Below are positions 9,483-19,471 of a stretch of DNA of 64,000 nt, in pieces (the stretch's first letter is position 1; the number at the start of each line of letters is the position of its first letter). The notes under the pieces are model-generated. The model was not told the origin of the DNA. It worked only from the letters and a program-made list of their open reading frames with translations, and ran no database searches. The stretch covers positions 32,001-96,000 of the IMG/VR virus record IMGVR_UViG_3300010371_000028; one strand, given 5' to 3'. The stretch is from a virus. A program made the translations under genes and the position numbers.

Positions 9483-9687
9483 CCCACGCTCCCCAGACGT
9501 CCTGACCCCAGCCCGGCGGGGTAGTGACGACAATCCCGGTGGCGGCGTCCGCCCACGCGGTCTGTTCGTCGGCCTCGGCGACGTATCCGAGGCCCGAGGT
9601 GGACGTGTCGGCACTGGAGGAGTTCTGCCCGTTGATTGAGTTGAGCAGATCGACCCAGGTCATCGGACGGTACAGGCCGGAGGTCAT
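9472..9687 (-). CDS. Small tail-associated protein
   Basis: RBS GAGGGG; 71 aa; Trp-rich C-terminus WGQDVWGAWAW. Confidence 0.65.
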   Translation of the reverse strand: MTSGLYRPMTWVDLLNSINGQNSSSADTSTSGLGYVAEADEQTAWADAATGIVVTTPPGWGQDVWGAWAWQ

Positions 9688-9699
9688 CGGCTACGCCCC

Positions 9700-11094
9700 T
9701 CATATCCGGACGGTGGTCAGCGCCATGGTGCGGTAGCCGCCGTCGGCGAACGTGACCGTGTTCGCAACGATCACGAAGGTGTCCATGAGCCCCCAGGTGC
9801 TGTTCTGCGGGTCGTAGAGCAGGCGGTTAGGGTCCGCCACTTCGCAGGACCAGCCGGCCCGCACCCACCCGATCCAGTCGGGGGACGTGTTGAAGGTGAA
9901 CCGCTGGACGACGAACGCGTACTCGGTGCGCATCTGCTGTGCGCGGGCGAGCGCCATCGGGACGGTCGTCAGGCTGCTGTCGGAGACGTACTGGCCGAAG
10001 ATCCCGCCGTTCGGCCCGGCGTACCGGGTGATCGACGCCTGGTCTGAGGCCTGCGCCACCACCGGGACGAGGTAGGTGTACCAGATCTGGATCTGCGTTC
10101 CGGCGGCCGGGACCGTGGCCGCGACCAGGAAGTACTGGCCGATGGAGTTCTGCTCGACGACCCACGGGCCCGTCACGCTCGCACCCTTGTCCGCGACGAC
10201 GACGGTCGTCGAGACGCCGCCGATGTGCAGCACAGGCTGGCCGGTGACGGTGTAACGCAGCGGCCACGCGGTCTGGGTGCCGTCCGCGAGCCACGTGTCG
10301 GTCGGCGGTTTCGACGTCGAGCCGTAGGAGATCGTCTGGTTCGCGCCCTGCACCAGGATCCGGTTCGACAGGGATGTGCCGTCCTGCTGGTTCGCGTTCT
10401 GGCTGTCGAGGAGGATGTGGCCCTCGGTCAGCGACCCTGCGGCGGTCGGGGCGGTGGTGAACGTCACGCCGCTGCTCAGAGCCTCGGTGCCGGGGAAGAA
10501 GTGCAGTTCGAGGTTCTCGTCGACATACCAGCCCCACGGTGTCGTGGAGCCAGCGAGGTTCGCCAGCTGCCGCCATGCCGTCGACAAGGGGTTGAAATTC
10601 AGGACGTAGGAGGCGAGTTGCGGGCCCGGTTCGACGTATCCGCCGTCCGCGACCGTCGCGGCGGTGATCCCGCAGTCGGCCTGCCGGACGAGGCTGACCA
10701 CGATCTGGTCGACGGTCCAGCCGTAGAAGATCCCGTGGACGTCCTTGTTGTCGGCGTACAGGGTGTAGTCGACGCAGGCGAGGTCCCATTCGTTCAACGT
10801 CTTGTTGACGATGACCGCCTGGGTCACGGAGTTCGCCACCCCGGCGAAAAGGCTCGTCGCGGCGGTGTTGTCGTACAGGGAGACCTGCGACATGCCGAGG
10901 ATCGCGATGGTGGGCGTGCCGGCGGCGGCGTAGTCCTCGACGAGCGGCAGGACGGCTGTGTCGCCCTGTCGGCCGAAGTTCTGCGTGACCGTCGTCTGCT
11001 GTTGGGCGCCGGCCCACGTGAGGTGCGTCGTGTAGTCGGTCGGCGAGCCGCCCGGCGGGGTGACGGTCAGGGTCAGGTGTGGGGCAGCGACCAC
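9700..11094 (-). CDS. Tail protein (distal tail/hub-like)
   Basis: 464 aa directly downstream of the tape measure; RBS GAGGTGA. Confidence 0.75.
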   Translation of the reverse strand: MVAAPHLTLTVTPPGGSPTDYTTHLTWAGAQQQTTVTQNFGRQGDTAVLPLVEDYAAAGTPTIAILGMSQVSLYDNTAATSLFAGVANSVTQAVIVNKTLNEWDLACVDYTLYADNKDVHGIFYGWTVDQIVVSLVRQADCGITAATVADGGYVEPGPQLASYVLNFNPLSTAWRQLANLAGSTTPWGWYVDENLELHFFPGTEALSSGVTFTTAPTAAGSLTEGHILLDSQNANQQDGTSLSNRILVQGANQTISYGSTSKPPTDTWLADGTQTAWPLRYTVTGQPVLHIGGVSTTVVVADKGASVTGPWVVEQNSIGQYFLVAATVPAAGTQIQIWYTYLVPVVAQASDQASITRYAGPNGGIFGQYVSDSSLTTVPMALARAQQMRTEYAFVVQRFTFNTSPDWIGWVRAGWSCEVADPNRLLYDPQNSTWGLMDTFVIVANTVTFADGGYRTMALTTVRI

Positions 11095-11098
11095 GCCA

Positions 11099-14000
11099 TC
11101 ACCTCAGCAGTGTCTTGACGCCGCCCTGTGCGCCGATGGAGGTGACGACCCGGCTGCCGACCTTCTGCGCGAACTTGTCGAAGTCGGCATCAGTCATCAG
11201 GGTGTTGCCGCCTTCGATGATGATGGTCGGCCCGCTGGTGGCGGACGTGGTGCCGAGTGACGCGGCGCCGCCGAGGCCCGAGGCGAACGCCTGCCCGAGG
11301 TTCTGCGGGCCCGTCATATCCGCCTTGATCGACGCACTGATGGATCCGAGTTTCGCGTGCAGTGCGGGAACCTGGTCGTCGAACCCGGTGATCAGACCCT
11401 TCATGATCAGCTGGCCGTTGTCGGTCAGCATGACCGCGTCATAGGACGGCGGCCCCTTCCAGGAGATGATGTCGGAGGCGATCCCGCCGAAGAACGACTT
11501 CACGTCACCGAGCGCGGACTTCGCTCCGCTGATCAGGCCGGTCAGGATCGTCTTGCCGATGTCGTAGAGCCACGAGCCCGCGTCCTTGAAGAACCCGATG
11601 ATCCCGTTGTAGATCGTCTTGAAAGCGCCGGTCACGCCCGAAAGCGCGTCCTTGATCGCCTTCTCGAAGCCGCCGAAGATCGAGGAGACGGAACCGACGA
11701 CGGTCTTCTCGATATCGCCGAGGATCGACTTGAAGAACGAGTAGATGTCCTGCCACACGGCGCTCACCGTGGACTTCACATCACCCCACAGCTTGCCCCA
11801 CTTACCCGTCACCAGGTCAGCGAAGAACTGGAAGAACCCCTTGATCAGGTCCAGTGCGACGTTGATAGTGGCGGTGATCCCGGCCCACGCGGCCCGAACG
11901 ATCCCGAGAACGACATCCCACGCCGCCTTGATGATCCCCTCGACGATGTCGAGCTGCGCCCTGACGATCCCCGAGATCACCGACCAGGCCGCCCGTACGA
12001 TGGTGGACACCAGATCCCAGGCCAGTCGGAACGCGCCCTCGATCGCCTGCCAGCCGGCCTTGAGGACCGTCTCCACCAGGCCGAGCTCAACCCTGAAGAT
12101 CCCGACGATGAAATTCCAGGCGGTCTTCGTGAGCGACTCGACAACCCCGAACGCCGTCTCGAACGCCTCGATCATGAAATTCAGTGGCGGCTCGACGACA
12201 TCCTCGACGTCCTGGACCGCGCCCTCGAAGAGCGCGACGATCGTGTCCCAGTTCGAGGAGATCAGCGAGACCAGCTTGCCGCCCGTCGCGTTCCAGATCG
12301 TGACCAGCGACTGCCAGATCGACGACAGGTCGGACGAGATCTTGTCCCACTCTTTGGAGACCGCCGCAGACGCCTGATCCCAGGCGCGCGAGATCGCGGT
12401 CACCACCTTGCCGCCGGTCGCGTCCCAGGCCGCCGAAAGGCCGCCCCAGACCGCCTTCAGGACGCCGACGAAATCGGCCCACACGCCCTCGGCGACCGCC
12501 ACGGCCGTACGGAACGCGCCTGAGACAGCGTCGCCGACGTCCTTGGCCGCGCCCTTCATCCAGTTCCAGACGTCCTTGAGCACGGCCTCGACCTGCCGCC
12601 AGTGCGTTGCGATCTCCAGGACCGCGGCGATCAGCAGCCCGATCGGGCCGAGCAGCACCACCAGGCCGGCGGCGATCTCGTGCACGTGGCCCTTGACGAA
12701 GGCAACGGCGTCGTCGAATGCGGACTTAAGCCAGCTCCAGAAGTCGCCGAGCCACCGCTTGACCGTCGACCAGTGCGTGACGATCAGGACGGCGGCGAGC
12801 GCGAGCGCGGTGACCGCGAGGATCACCGGATTGAACTCGAGGCCCTCGGTGACCTCGCCGAAGGTGACCATGGCGCCGCGGATCAGGTCGATCGCCTTGG
12901 CTGCCAGGATGAACACCGTCACGCCTGTGGCGAGCGCCCCGACGACCAGGAGGATCATCGCGGCCAACGTCTTGTTGTGCTCGATCCAGTTGGCGATCGG
13001 CCCGACGACCTTGAGCACCATGTCGAGGATCTTCGTGACCATCGGCAGCAGCGCCGTGCCCAACTGGATCCCCGCAGCCTCCGCGGTCTGCTTGAGCTCG
13101 GACAACTTTTGGTTCAGGTTCCCCTGGATCTCGGCCCAGCCGTTGACGTTCTGGCCTGCCGTCTTCCCGGCGTCACCCACGGCCTTCACGTTCGACTGGA
13201 ACGTCGCCGTGTTCGCGCCGGTCAGCATCAGCGCCGTGTTCAGGCCGGTCGCGCCGCCGAGCATCTTCGACAGCGCCGCCGTATAGGTCTGCGCGGCGGG
13301 CGAGCCGGAGGTGAGCAGCGAGTTGAAGGAGTGCGCCTTCTCCGCGGTGCCCGCGAACTGCGTCAACAGATGCGCGGAGACCGGGTCGAGGCCCTGAAGA
13401 TCCGTGCGCCACTGCTTCGCCGTCACCGACCCGTTCAGGAAACTCGTGGCGAGCTTCTGCAGGTTCGCCGGCATCGCCGCGATTTCCTGGTTGGCATCGG
13501 ACGCAGCAGCCTTCGCCTGCTGGAACGTCGACATGATGACCTGCCCCGACGGGCCCATATGCTGGGCGATCGCCGAGGTGAGTTCCTCGAGCGTCCCGGT
13601 CAGGCCCTTCTTGCCGAGCTGCTGCGAGACCTGGTTCGCGTTCAGGCCCATCTGCGCCATCTCGTTGATCGCCACGTTGTTGGGGTTCTGGAGCGACCGG
13701 ATCGAGTTCGCCAAGTCCTGGGCAGCCTGCTGCGCGCTCATGCCCTCGCCGGTCATGGTCGCCATGGCGCCGCCGACCTGCTCGAAGGAAAGGCCGGCAG
13801 CCGACGCGATGGGCAGGACGTTCGAGAGCGACGCGGCAAGCGCCTCGGTCGTCGTCTTGCCGTTCTGGACCACCGCGATCAACTGGTCCATCGACGCGGT
13901 CGCTCTGTCGGCGCCGAGCCCGTAGTCCTTCAGGATCGTCGTCAGGGCATTGCTGACAGTCCCCAGGTCGGCGTTCTCGGCCTTCGCGCCCTGCGCCGCC

Positions 14001-15052
14001 GCCGTGAGCACCGTCAGGCCCTTAGCGCCCGTGAACCCGGCGCTGCCGATCATGTACATGCCGTTGGTGAGCTCTTGGATCTCCGTGCCCGTAGACGAAG
14101 CGATGCTCAGAATCCCCGCGCGCACCGCGGCCATCTGCGCCGCAGTCTCGCCGCCGGATGTCTGCAACACGGTCGTGGCCTGCTGGAAGTTCGCAGCCGC
14201 CTTCACCGACTCGTAGCCGATCCCCGCCACCGCCGCAGCCGTAAGACCCGCAGCGACCGTCGCGCCCTTGAGCGCCGCCCCGGACCCGGCCACCGACGTG
14301 TTCGCGGCGTCCTGCGCCGCAGCCATCTCCGCGCTGCGCGTCGTCACCCGCTTCTGCGCGGCGGACAGCGCGTCGAGCGCCGCGACCTGCTCCGCCGACG
14401 CCGCCTTCGCCGCCGTAGCGGCCTCGCGGGCGGCCACGGCCTGCGCCTGGAAGCCGGTGAGAATTTTCGCGTCGGACTCGCCGAACGCCGCGGTCACTGC
14501 GGCGGCGGACTCCTGCGCGGTCGCGGCCAGCGCCTCATAGGACGCCATCTCACGGTCCAGGGCGCCCTGGACCGCGTCCGCAGCGGCCCCGTGGACGGAC
14601 GCGAGCTTCGTCTCGAGATCGGTGATCTTCGCGGCGGAAGCTTCCGCCGCGCTCGCATCCGCAGCAGCGGCGTCCGCGAGCTGCGAATACTTCACGATCA
14701 TCTCGTCCGCGGACGCGCCCAGCGCAGCGGCAGCCGCCTCCTGCGCCGCCGACTCGACCCTCGCCGCGTCAGCCGCCGCCGCCTGCGCGTCACGCACAGC
14801 CCGCGTCGAAGTGAGCAGACGGGCCTGAGCAGCCTCCTGCTCCTGCACGGCGACGGTGTACGCGTTCGCCGCAGCCTCGGCCTTGACCTGCGCGGCTTCC
14901 AACTCCTCGCCGGTCATGCTGGCCTTCGCGGCGGCGTCCGCCGCCTTCTCGCCCAGCCCGTCGAGCTTCCCCGTGATCCCCTCGATGACCTTCGAGGCCT
15001 TGTCGATCGCCTCGAGCATCAACAGGACCGTGACCTCAGAGGACGTCGACAC
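11099..15052 (-). CDS. Phage tail tape measure protein (TP901-family core)
   Basis: About 1317 aa, Ala-rich helical N-terminus, TP901-like core (ADLGTVSNALTTILKDYGL), TM segments, Trp-periodic C-terminal repeats; likely start GTG 15052. Confidence 0.92.
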   Translation of the reverse strand: MSTSSEVTVLLMLEAIDKASKVIEGITGKLDGLGEKAADAAAKASMTGEELEAAQVKAEAAANAYTVAVQEQEAAQARLLTSTRAVRDAQAAAADAARVESAAQEAAAAALGASADEMIVKYSQLADAAAADASAAEASAAKITDLETKLASVHGAAADAVQGALDREMASYEALAATAQESAAAVTAAFGESDAKILTGFQAQAVAAREAATAAKAASAEQVAALDALSAAQKRVTTRSAEMAAAQDAANTSVAGSGAALKGATVAAGLTAAAVAGIGYESVKAAANFQQATTVLQTSGGETAAQMAAVRAGILSIASSTGTEIQELTNGMYMIGSAGFTGAKGLTVLTAAAQGAKAENADLGTVSNALTTILKDYGLGADRATASMDQLIAVVQNGKTTTEALAASLSNVLPIASAAGLSFEQVGGAMATMTGEGMSAQQAAQDLANSIRSLQNPNNVAINEMAQMGLNANQVSQQLGKKGLTGTLEELTSAIAQHMGPSGQVIMSTFQQAKAAASDANQEIAAMPANLQKLATSFLNGSVTAKQWRTDLQGLDPVSAHLLTQFAGTAEKAHSFNSLLTSGSPAAQTYTAALSKMLGGATGLNTALMLTGANTATFQSNVKAVGDAGKTAGQNVNGWAEIQGNLNQKLSELKQTAEAAGIQLGTALLPMVTKILDMVLKVVGPIANWIEHNKTLAAMILLVVGALATGVTVFILAAKAIDLIRGAMVTFGEVTEGLEFNPVILAVTALALAAVLIVTHWSTVKRWLGDFWSWLKSAFDDAVAFVKGHVHEIAAGLVVLLGPIGLLIAAVLEIATHWRQVEAVLKDVWNWMKGAAKDVGDAVSGAFRTAVAVAEGVWADFVGVLKAVWGGLSAAWDATGGKVVTAISRAWDQASAAVSKEWDKISSDLSSIWQSLVTIWNATGGKLVSLISSNWDTIVALFEGAVQDVEDVVEPPLNFMIEAFETAFGVVESLTKTAWNFIVGIFRVELGLVETVLKAGWQAIEGAFRLAWDLVSTIVRAAWSVISGIVRAQLDIVEGIIKAAWDVVLGIVRAAWAGITATINVALDLIKGFFQFFADLVTGKWGKLWGDVKSTVSAVWQDIYSFFKSILGDIEKTVVGSVSSIFGGFEKAIKDALSGVTGAFKTIYNGIIGFFKDAGSWLYDIGKTILTGLISGAKSALGDVKSFFGGIASDIISWKGPPSYDAVMLTDNGQLIMKGLITGFDDQVPALHAKLGSISASIKADMTGPQNLGQAFASGLGGAASLGTTSATSGPTIIIEGGNTLMTDADFDKFAQKVGSRVVTSIGAQGGVKTLLR

Positions 15053-15076
15053 GCAGGCCACCCCCGCCCGTGCGCG

Positions 15077-15298
15077 CTACCTAGTGGCCATCGGGGGCCG
15101 CTCAATCCTCGGAAGCCGGGCGAACGCGGCATCAACCGCCTCAGGGTCCTGACCGCCGCCCGAGGAGCCGCCCTTGGACTTGCGCTCCTCCGCCTCGATC
15201 CGGAAAAAAGTCAGGACGTCCGCGAACTCCAGCGGGTCATACAGGGCGCGCGCCGCCTCCAGCGTCAGCCCAAGTCGCGACCACCAGATCTCCCGCAT
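15077..15298 (-). CDS. Tail assembly chaperone, second (T) ORF
   Basis: Lies between the chaperone and the tape measure in the +1 frame; ATG 15298 has an AGGAG RBS, but the frame is also open back past 15367. Confidence 0.7.
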   Translation of the reverse strand: MREIWWSRLGLTLEAARALYDPLEFADVLTFFRIEAEERKSKGGSSGGGQDPEAVDAAFARLPRIERPPMATR

Positions 15299-15848
15299 CC
15301 AGATCTCCTGGATCAGCGGATGCTCCGACCTCCCGCGCCTCGCCGCCGAACGGCACCTCGTCTCGAAAGTCGGCGTCCTCGGCCGGCGTGCGCTTCTTCG
15401 GCCGCCCCGCCTCGATCCGCTCGAACAGCCGCTCGCGCACCTCACCCGGCAGCACCCGAATCGAAGCGGCGCGCCCCTCGGGATCCTTCAGCGGCAGCGG
15501 CCGACCGTGCTGGTCCGTGAGGTTCCACGTGACAATCGCGGCTTCGAGCACGGCGCGCTTGTACGCGACGGTGTCGAACGACAGCAGCGTCGTCAGGTCC
15601 TCGCCGTCATCCTCGACGGGCTGCCCGTTCGCGAGGGCGGCACGGCGCTTGGCAGCCGCCTCGCGCGCCGTCTTCGCGGCGGAGACCTTCAGGTTCGCGG
15701 ACGCCTTCACGTGCAGCGCGTCCGCACGGTCCCACACATCGCCCGAGAGCGCCGAGCGGATCTCGACCCAGTACTCGGTGCCGTCGTCGGGCCCGAGATC
15801 GGTCACATCGACCTTCTCGGTTCCGGCATAGCGGCTCATGAATCCCAT
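15237..15848 (-). CDS. Tail assembly chaperone (G)
   Basis: Position after the major tail gene; AAIVTWNLTDQHG...P motif typical of actinophage tail chaperones. Confidence 0.8.
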   Translation of the reverse strand: MGFMSRYAGTEKVDVTDLGPDDGTEYWVEIRSALSGDVWDRADALHVKASANLKVSAAKTAREAAAKRRAALANGQPVEDDGEDLTTLLSFDTVAYKRAVLEAAIVTWNLTDQHGRPLPLKDPEGRAASIRVLPGEVRERLFERIEAGRPKKRTPAEDADFRDEVPFGGEAREVGASADPGDLDAGDLVVATWADAGGGARPV

Positions 15849-15911
15849 GGAAACGTCCTTACCGATAGTGGAGCGCCGGGCGCGAGATGCGCAGACGCCG
15901 GTGGTGGATGG

Positions 15912-17141
15912 TCACAACGCCAGGTAGGAGGAGTCGACGATCGTCGCGGAGACCGTGTTGTTCGTGGACTGGTTCAAGAACGCCAGGTAGTTCAGCGACT
16001 CCATGACGATGTCCTCGGGCTTCGGGTCCTCCGAGTCCGTCTTGATGTAGACGTTCGGGCAGGAGAAGGAGGCCGAGCCGCCGTTCGTCGGGTGCGCGAG
16101 CGTGAAGCTCAGGACGCCGTGCCCGCCGTTCAGGGCCTGAGTCCAGTAGCCCCAGGTGGCGTCATCGAAACTCTGCCACACCAGGTCGATCTTCCCCGAC
16201 ACCTCGATCATGCCGGGGGTCAGGAACTGCAGGTTGTGCGACTGGTTGAACGTGTACGTGCTGATCAGGTGGTTGTCGATGTCCATCGTGAAGCCGTTGG
16301 CCTGCGCCACCGTCTGCCCGAACAGCGACAACGTGCCCTCCGCGAACACGTACGGCATCTCGTTGACCACCGCGACCGACGTCGGGGAGTCGAGCACCGC
16401 CGCGGACTGCGCGACCATGTCCGCCGACAGCGCCGCCTCGGCATCCGTCGCCGTCACGTTGATGCTGAGCTTGTTCACCCGCGAGCCCGCGAACAGGATC
16501 GACTGGCCGCCGAGAGTCGCCGGACCACCCAGGCACTTCTCCACCGTGTATGAGGAGAGCGCCACGGCCTGCTGAATCGAGTGCGTGAACGGCGCGGTGA
16601 CGACAGACACGGCGACGCCTGAAGCGTGCGCGTACGTCCACGGCGCATCCACCGTGCCGTTCGTGCCCGTCAACGTCGCGATCTTCCGGCACTCGGTCGT
16701 CGTCGGGGTCGTCGGAGAGTTCACATCCACCTGGACGATCGACCCGATCGCGTAGCCCGTCGCCGACGTCAGCGAGATCGCCGAGGAGTTCGCCGTGACC
16801 GGAGCGGCGAGAGTCGTCGCGGACGTCGGCGACGAGCCCGTCACCCCGTAGCCGGGCTGGGCATCCGGACCGATCGCGCCAGGGATCAGCGTCGCCGCGT
16901 TCGTCGGCCACACCGGGCCCGCCAACGTCCCCGCGTTCTTGAACTGCCCGTTGAGCGGATACGAGTTCTTGTCCCGGTGCCCGAACATCAGCGTCGGGGA
17001 GAACAGGCCCGGGTCGATGTTCATACCGTTGCCGGTCATCGGGAAGTACGTCGTCGCCGACAGCGGCGTCCCGAACACCGCCTCCTTGGCAAGGCCCGTG
17101 GCCGACATGGCCCCGAACTTGGCCGTCACCGCCGTGGTCAT
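15912..17141 (-). CDS. Major tail (tube) protein
   Basis: 409 aa; GLAKEAVFG N-terminus; SYTVEK and EVSGKIDL tube-protein-like segments; synteny. Confidence 0.8.
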   Translation of the reverse strand: MTTAVTAKFGAMSATGLAKEAVFGTPLSATTYFPMTGNGMNIDPGLFSPTLMFGHRDKNSYPLNGQFKNAGTLAGPVWPTNAATLIPGAIGPDAQPGYGVTGSSPTSATTLAAPVTANSSAISLTSATGYAIGSIVQVDVNSPTTPTTTECRKIATLTGTNGTVDAPWTYAHASGVAVSVVTAPFTHSIQQAVALSSYTVEKCLGGPATLGGQSILFAGSRVNKLSINVTATDAEAALSADMVAQSAAVLDSPTSVAVVNEMPYVFAEGTLSLFGQTVAQANGFTMDIDNHLISTYTFNQSHNLQFLTPGMIEVSGKIDLVWQSFDDATWGYWTQALNGGHGVLSFTLAHPTNGGSASFSCPNVYIKTDSEDPKPEDIVMESLNYLAFLNQSTNNTVSATIVDSSYLAL

Positions 17142-17200
17142 GGCGTCGCCGCCTCTCTGCGCTTAGGCATCGGAAAGTGCTCGCCGCATCGCGCAGGCGA

Positions 17201-17230
17201 GAAAGACGAAAGCCCCGCACGCGGCGGGGC
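17201..17230 (-). terminator. Intrinsic terminator-like hairpin
   Basis: Minus strand GCCCCGC-CGCGT-GCGGGGC followed by TTTCGTCTTT. Confidence 0.6.
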
Positions 17231-17254
17231 TGGGGCGGCCGGAAGGCCGGAAGA

Positions 17255-17548
17255 TCAGGACAAGGTGGGGCGCGCGAACAGCGGACGCTCGCCGCGGCAC
17301 ACCTGATCCGCGACCGCCGCAGGCATCGGGTAGGACTCGCCCGGCGTACACAGGCCGACACCGGCGACGAACATCTCGGCCTGCCCGAGGAACACCAGCG
17401 TCTCCGCGGGCCTGCACTCCGAGCCGGCCTCCTCGGCCGGCGCGGGCGTCTCCTCGGCCACCGGCGCCTCCGGGACCGCGACCGCAGCCGCGGAATCGGT
17501 GCCATCGGCAGAGGGCGCGCCATCGCCGGTCTTACGGGAAACAGCCAT
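17255..17548 (-). CDS. Small acidic virion/assembly protein
   Basis: GGAG RBS; Ala/Pro/Glu-rich N-terminus, then a globular C-terminus. Confidence 0.65.
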   Translation of the reverse strand: MAVSRKTGDGAPSADGTDSAAAVAVPEAPVAEETPAPAEEAGSECRPAETLVFLGQAEMFVAGVGLCTPGESYPMPAAVADQVCRGERPLFARPTLS

Positions 17549-17549
17549 C

Positions 17550-17990
17550 TCAGATCTCCTCGAACAGGGCCGCGAGCGACGAGGTCATCTCGGGCAGCAG
17601 GTGGTCGATCGCACGCTGCGGGAACGGGTTCGCCGCCGTGCCCGGGTGGTTCACGTGCAGCGCGAACACGTCATCCCAATGCAGCGCCTTGACGTTCTTC
17701 GGGTAGATCGGGTGCGGCGACGTGCCCTCGATCACGAACCCGGCGTACGGCGCGTCCGACGTCCACGTCATCGACACCCGGCCAGGCGAGACCTCAATCT
17801 CGGGCGCGTGGATCGAATCGCGCAGCCGCCCGGCGTCATCGCCCTGCCCGACCGGCGCCTCACCCGCGAGTTCCGAGGTCACCAGGTGCGCCCACGTCCT
17901 CGCCCACTCGGCCATCGCCGCCATCGGATTGGCGCGCTCGAGCTTCGAGGAATCCCCCGCCATCCCGATCGCAAGGAACGGATCCGACAT
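17550..17990 (-). CDS. HK97 gp10-like tail completion protein
   Basis: APV...GRLRDSI...YAGFVIEGT...HPGTAANPF motif. Confidence 0.8.
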   Translation of the reverse strand: MSDPFLAIGMAGDSSKLERANPMAAMAEWARTWAHLVTSELAGEAPVGQGDDAGRLRDSIHAPEIEVSPGRVSMTWTSDAPYAGFVIEGTSPHPIYPKNVKALHWDDVFALHVNHPGTAANPFPQRAIDHLLPEMTSSLAALFEEI

Positions 17991-18003
17991 CCAGCACCCC
18001 CGG

Positions 18004-18486
18004 TCAGGCCTGGAGGAGTTCCTTCACCTCGAACTGGATCCGCGCGACATACACGTACGTCTGCGACTTGTTCGCTGTGCGGATCGGCGGATAGTCCAAC
18101 GTGAACCGCTCCCCGATGGACATCACCGACGATTTCGCGCCCGTCGTCGGATCGACGATCGGCGTCGGCATCGTCGTCGTCCACATCCTCGTCATCACCG
18201 TGTCCACGATGACCGGGAAGATCTGGTCCAGGTTCGCCGCCGTCGGCGCGGACTGGTAGTGCAGGTACACCTCGACAGTCCAGACCAGGTTCTTGAAACC
18301 CATCCCCCGCGGCATCGACTCGCGCGACGCCTGCATCCGCGCACCCGCGATCACCGCGATCGGGCCGTTGAACGTACCCGGCGCAGGAGGCGTGACGTAT
18401 GCGGTGATCGCCGCGATGCCGTCCCACGGGATCTCGAGACCCTGCAGCAAGCCGTAGCAGTACTGCGTGACCGCGTTCATCGCCAT
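18004..18486 (-). CDS. Tail terminator-like protein
   Basis: Synteny between adaptor and gp10-like gene; 160 aa. Confidence 0.6.
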   Translation of the reverse strand: MAMNAVTQYCYGLLQGLEIPWDGIAAITAYVTPPAPGTFNGPIAVIAGARMQASRESMPRGMGFKNLVWTVEVYLHYQSAPTAANLDQIFPVIVDTVMTRMWTTTMPTPIVDPTTGAKSSVMSIGERFTLDYPPIRTANKSQTYVYVARIQFEVKELLQA

Positions 18487-19419
18487 CTAGATCACGCGCC
18501 GGTAGGGCGCGAGGAGATCCTTGATCTGCGCGGCGAGGTCAGCCACACCCTTGCCGCCGAGCGACGTCGACCCGGAGAGCGTCTGCGCCGTGATCGACTC
18601 CATGCCGGAGTCCAGAACCTGCGACGTCGCAATGAGGATCGTCGCCCACGCGATGTCCTGCGGAAGCGCCGAGAGTACGGTCTCCGCGGAATGGTTGTAC
18701 GCCAGCGGAGCCGACAGCGTCACGATTCCCGGCCCCGCCTGAACGGTGCCACCGGCGGGCAGCGTGACGGGAGCGGTTGCCGTCGCCGTCGCCACGGTCA
18801 CCGTCTCGGTGAACGCCCCGTCGTAGAAAAAGCACGTGGCGCCAGCCATGCCGGTGACGTCATCGACGGCGACCGCCTGGGTTCCGGCAGTCACGTCCGC
18901 GGTCACGCCGGCGTGCGGCCACCCGTTGAGATAGGTGGACTCGAACGTGTAGCCGTTCCGACCTGACGCCCACGAGACGTAGCCTGGCGCGATCAGGACG
19001 GCGCTGCCACCTGCCCCCGATGCGCCTTCGACGACGGGAGACAGTAGCGTGATCGGCGGGTCCTCGAGCGCCATCGCGGTCAACGGGATCGGCGACCACG
19101 ACCGCGGGATCGTCGCCCGGGGCGAGACGCGGCCGGCGAGCAGTTGGGTCACCGGCCACCGCGAGAGCATCGCCCGGCCGACTCCGGACTGATCGACCGT
19201 CATCCGGTAGTCGGGTCCCTGGACCTGTTCGACCGACACGGTGGAGCGCAGCGGCTGGTTGACCTTCGCGTCGGCGATGTTCGAGGCACGCCAGAGGATG
19301 TTGGTCATCTCGGCGGTCTGGGCGGGTGAGAACTGGCTGCCCGCCTGCGGAATGCTGTTCCACGGAACGCCTGTGGGGGCGTTGAGGAGCATCTGTACGG
19401 AGCAGTAGGGGGTGGCCAC
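18487..19419 (-). CDS. Head-tail adaptor/connector-like protein
   Basis: MATPYCSVQML N-terminus, LPQDIAWATILIA C-terminus; RBS GGAGGGAG. Confidence 0.7.
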   Translation of the reverse strand: MATPYCSVQMLLNAPTGVPWNSIPQAGSQFSPAQTAEMTNILWRASNIADAKVNQPLRSTVSVEQVQGPDYRMTVDQSGVGRAMLSRWPVTQLLAGRVSPRATIPRSWSPIPLTAMALEDPPITLLSPVVEGASGAGGSAVLIAPGYVSWASGRNGYTFESTYLNGWPHAGVTADVTAGTQAVAVDDVTGMAGATCFFYDGAFTETVTVATATATAPVTLPAGGTVQAGPGIVTLSAPLAYNHSAETVLSALPQDIAWATILIATSQVLDSGMESITAQTLSGSTSLGGKGVADLAAQIKDLLAPYRRVI

Positions 19420-19471
19420 GTTCGCTCCCTCCGCGGTCTCGGATGGGAATCGCCAGGAGGGGGTGGCGGGG

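Noticed and set aside
11400-12800. Periodic Trp/aromatic repeats in the tape measure
   Set aside because: Ordinary feature of tape measure proteins
15300-15450. Classical -1 slippery heptamer (X XXY YYZ) for the tail chaperone
   Set aside because: None found near the G/T junction, and the -1 frame hits a stop within about 20 codons
12602-15520. 972-aa plus-strand ORF (and similar long ORFs at 22501-25023, 28271-31003, 20463-22622, 51536-53215)
   Set aside because: Antisense shadows of real high-GC genes; Arg/Gly-rich low-information translations with no RBS or motifs
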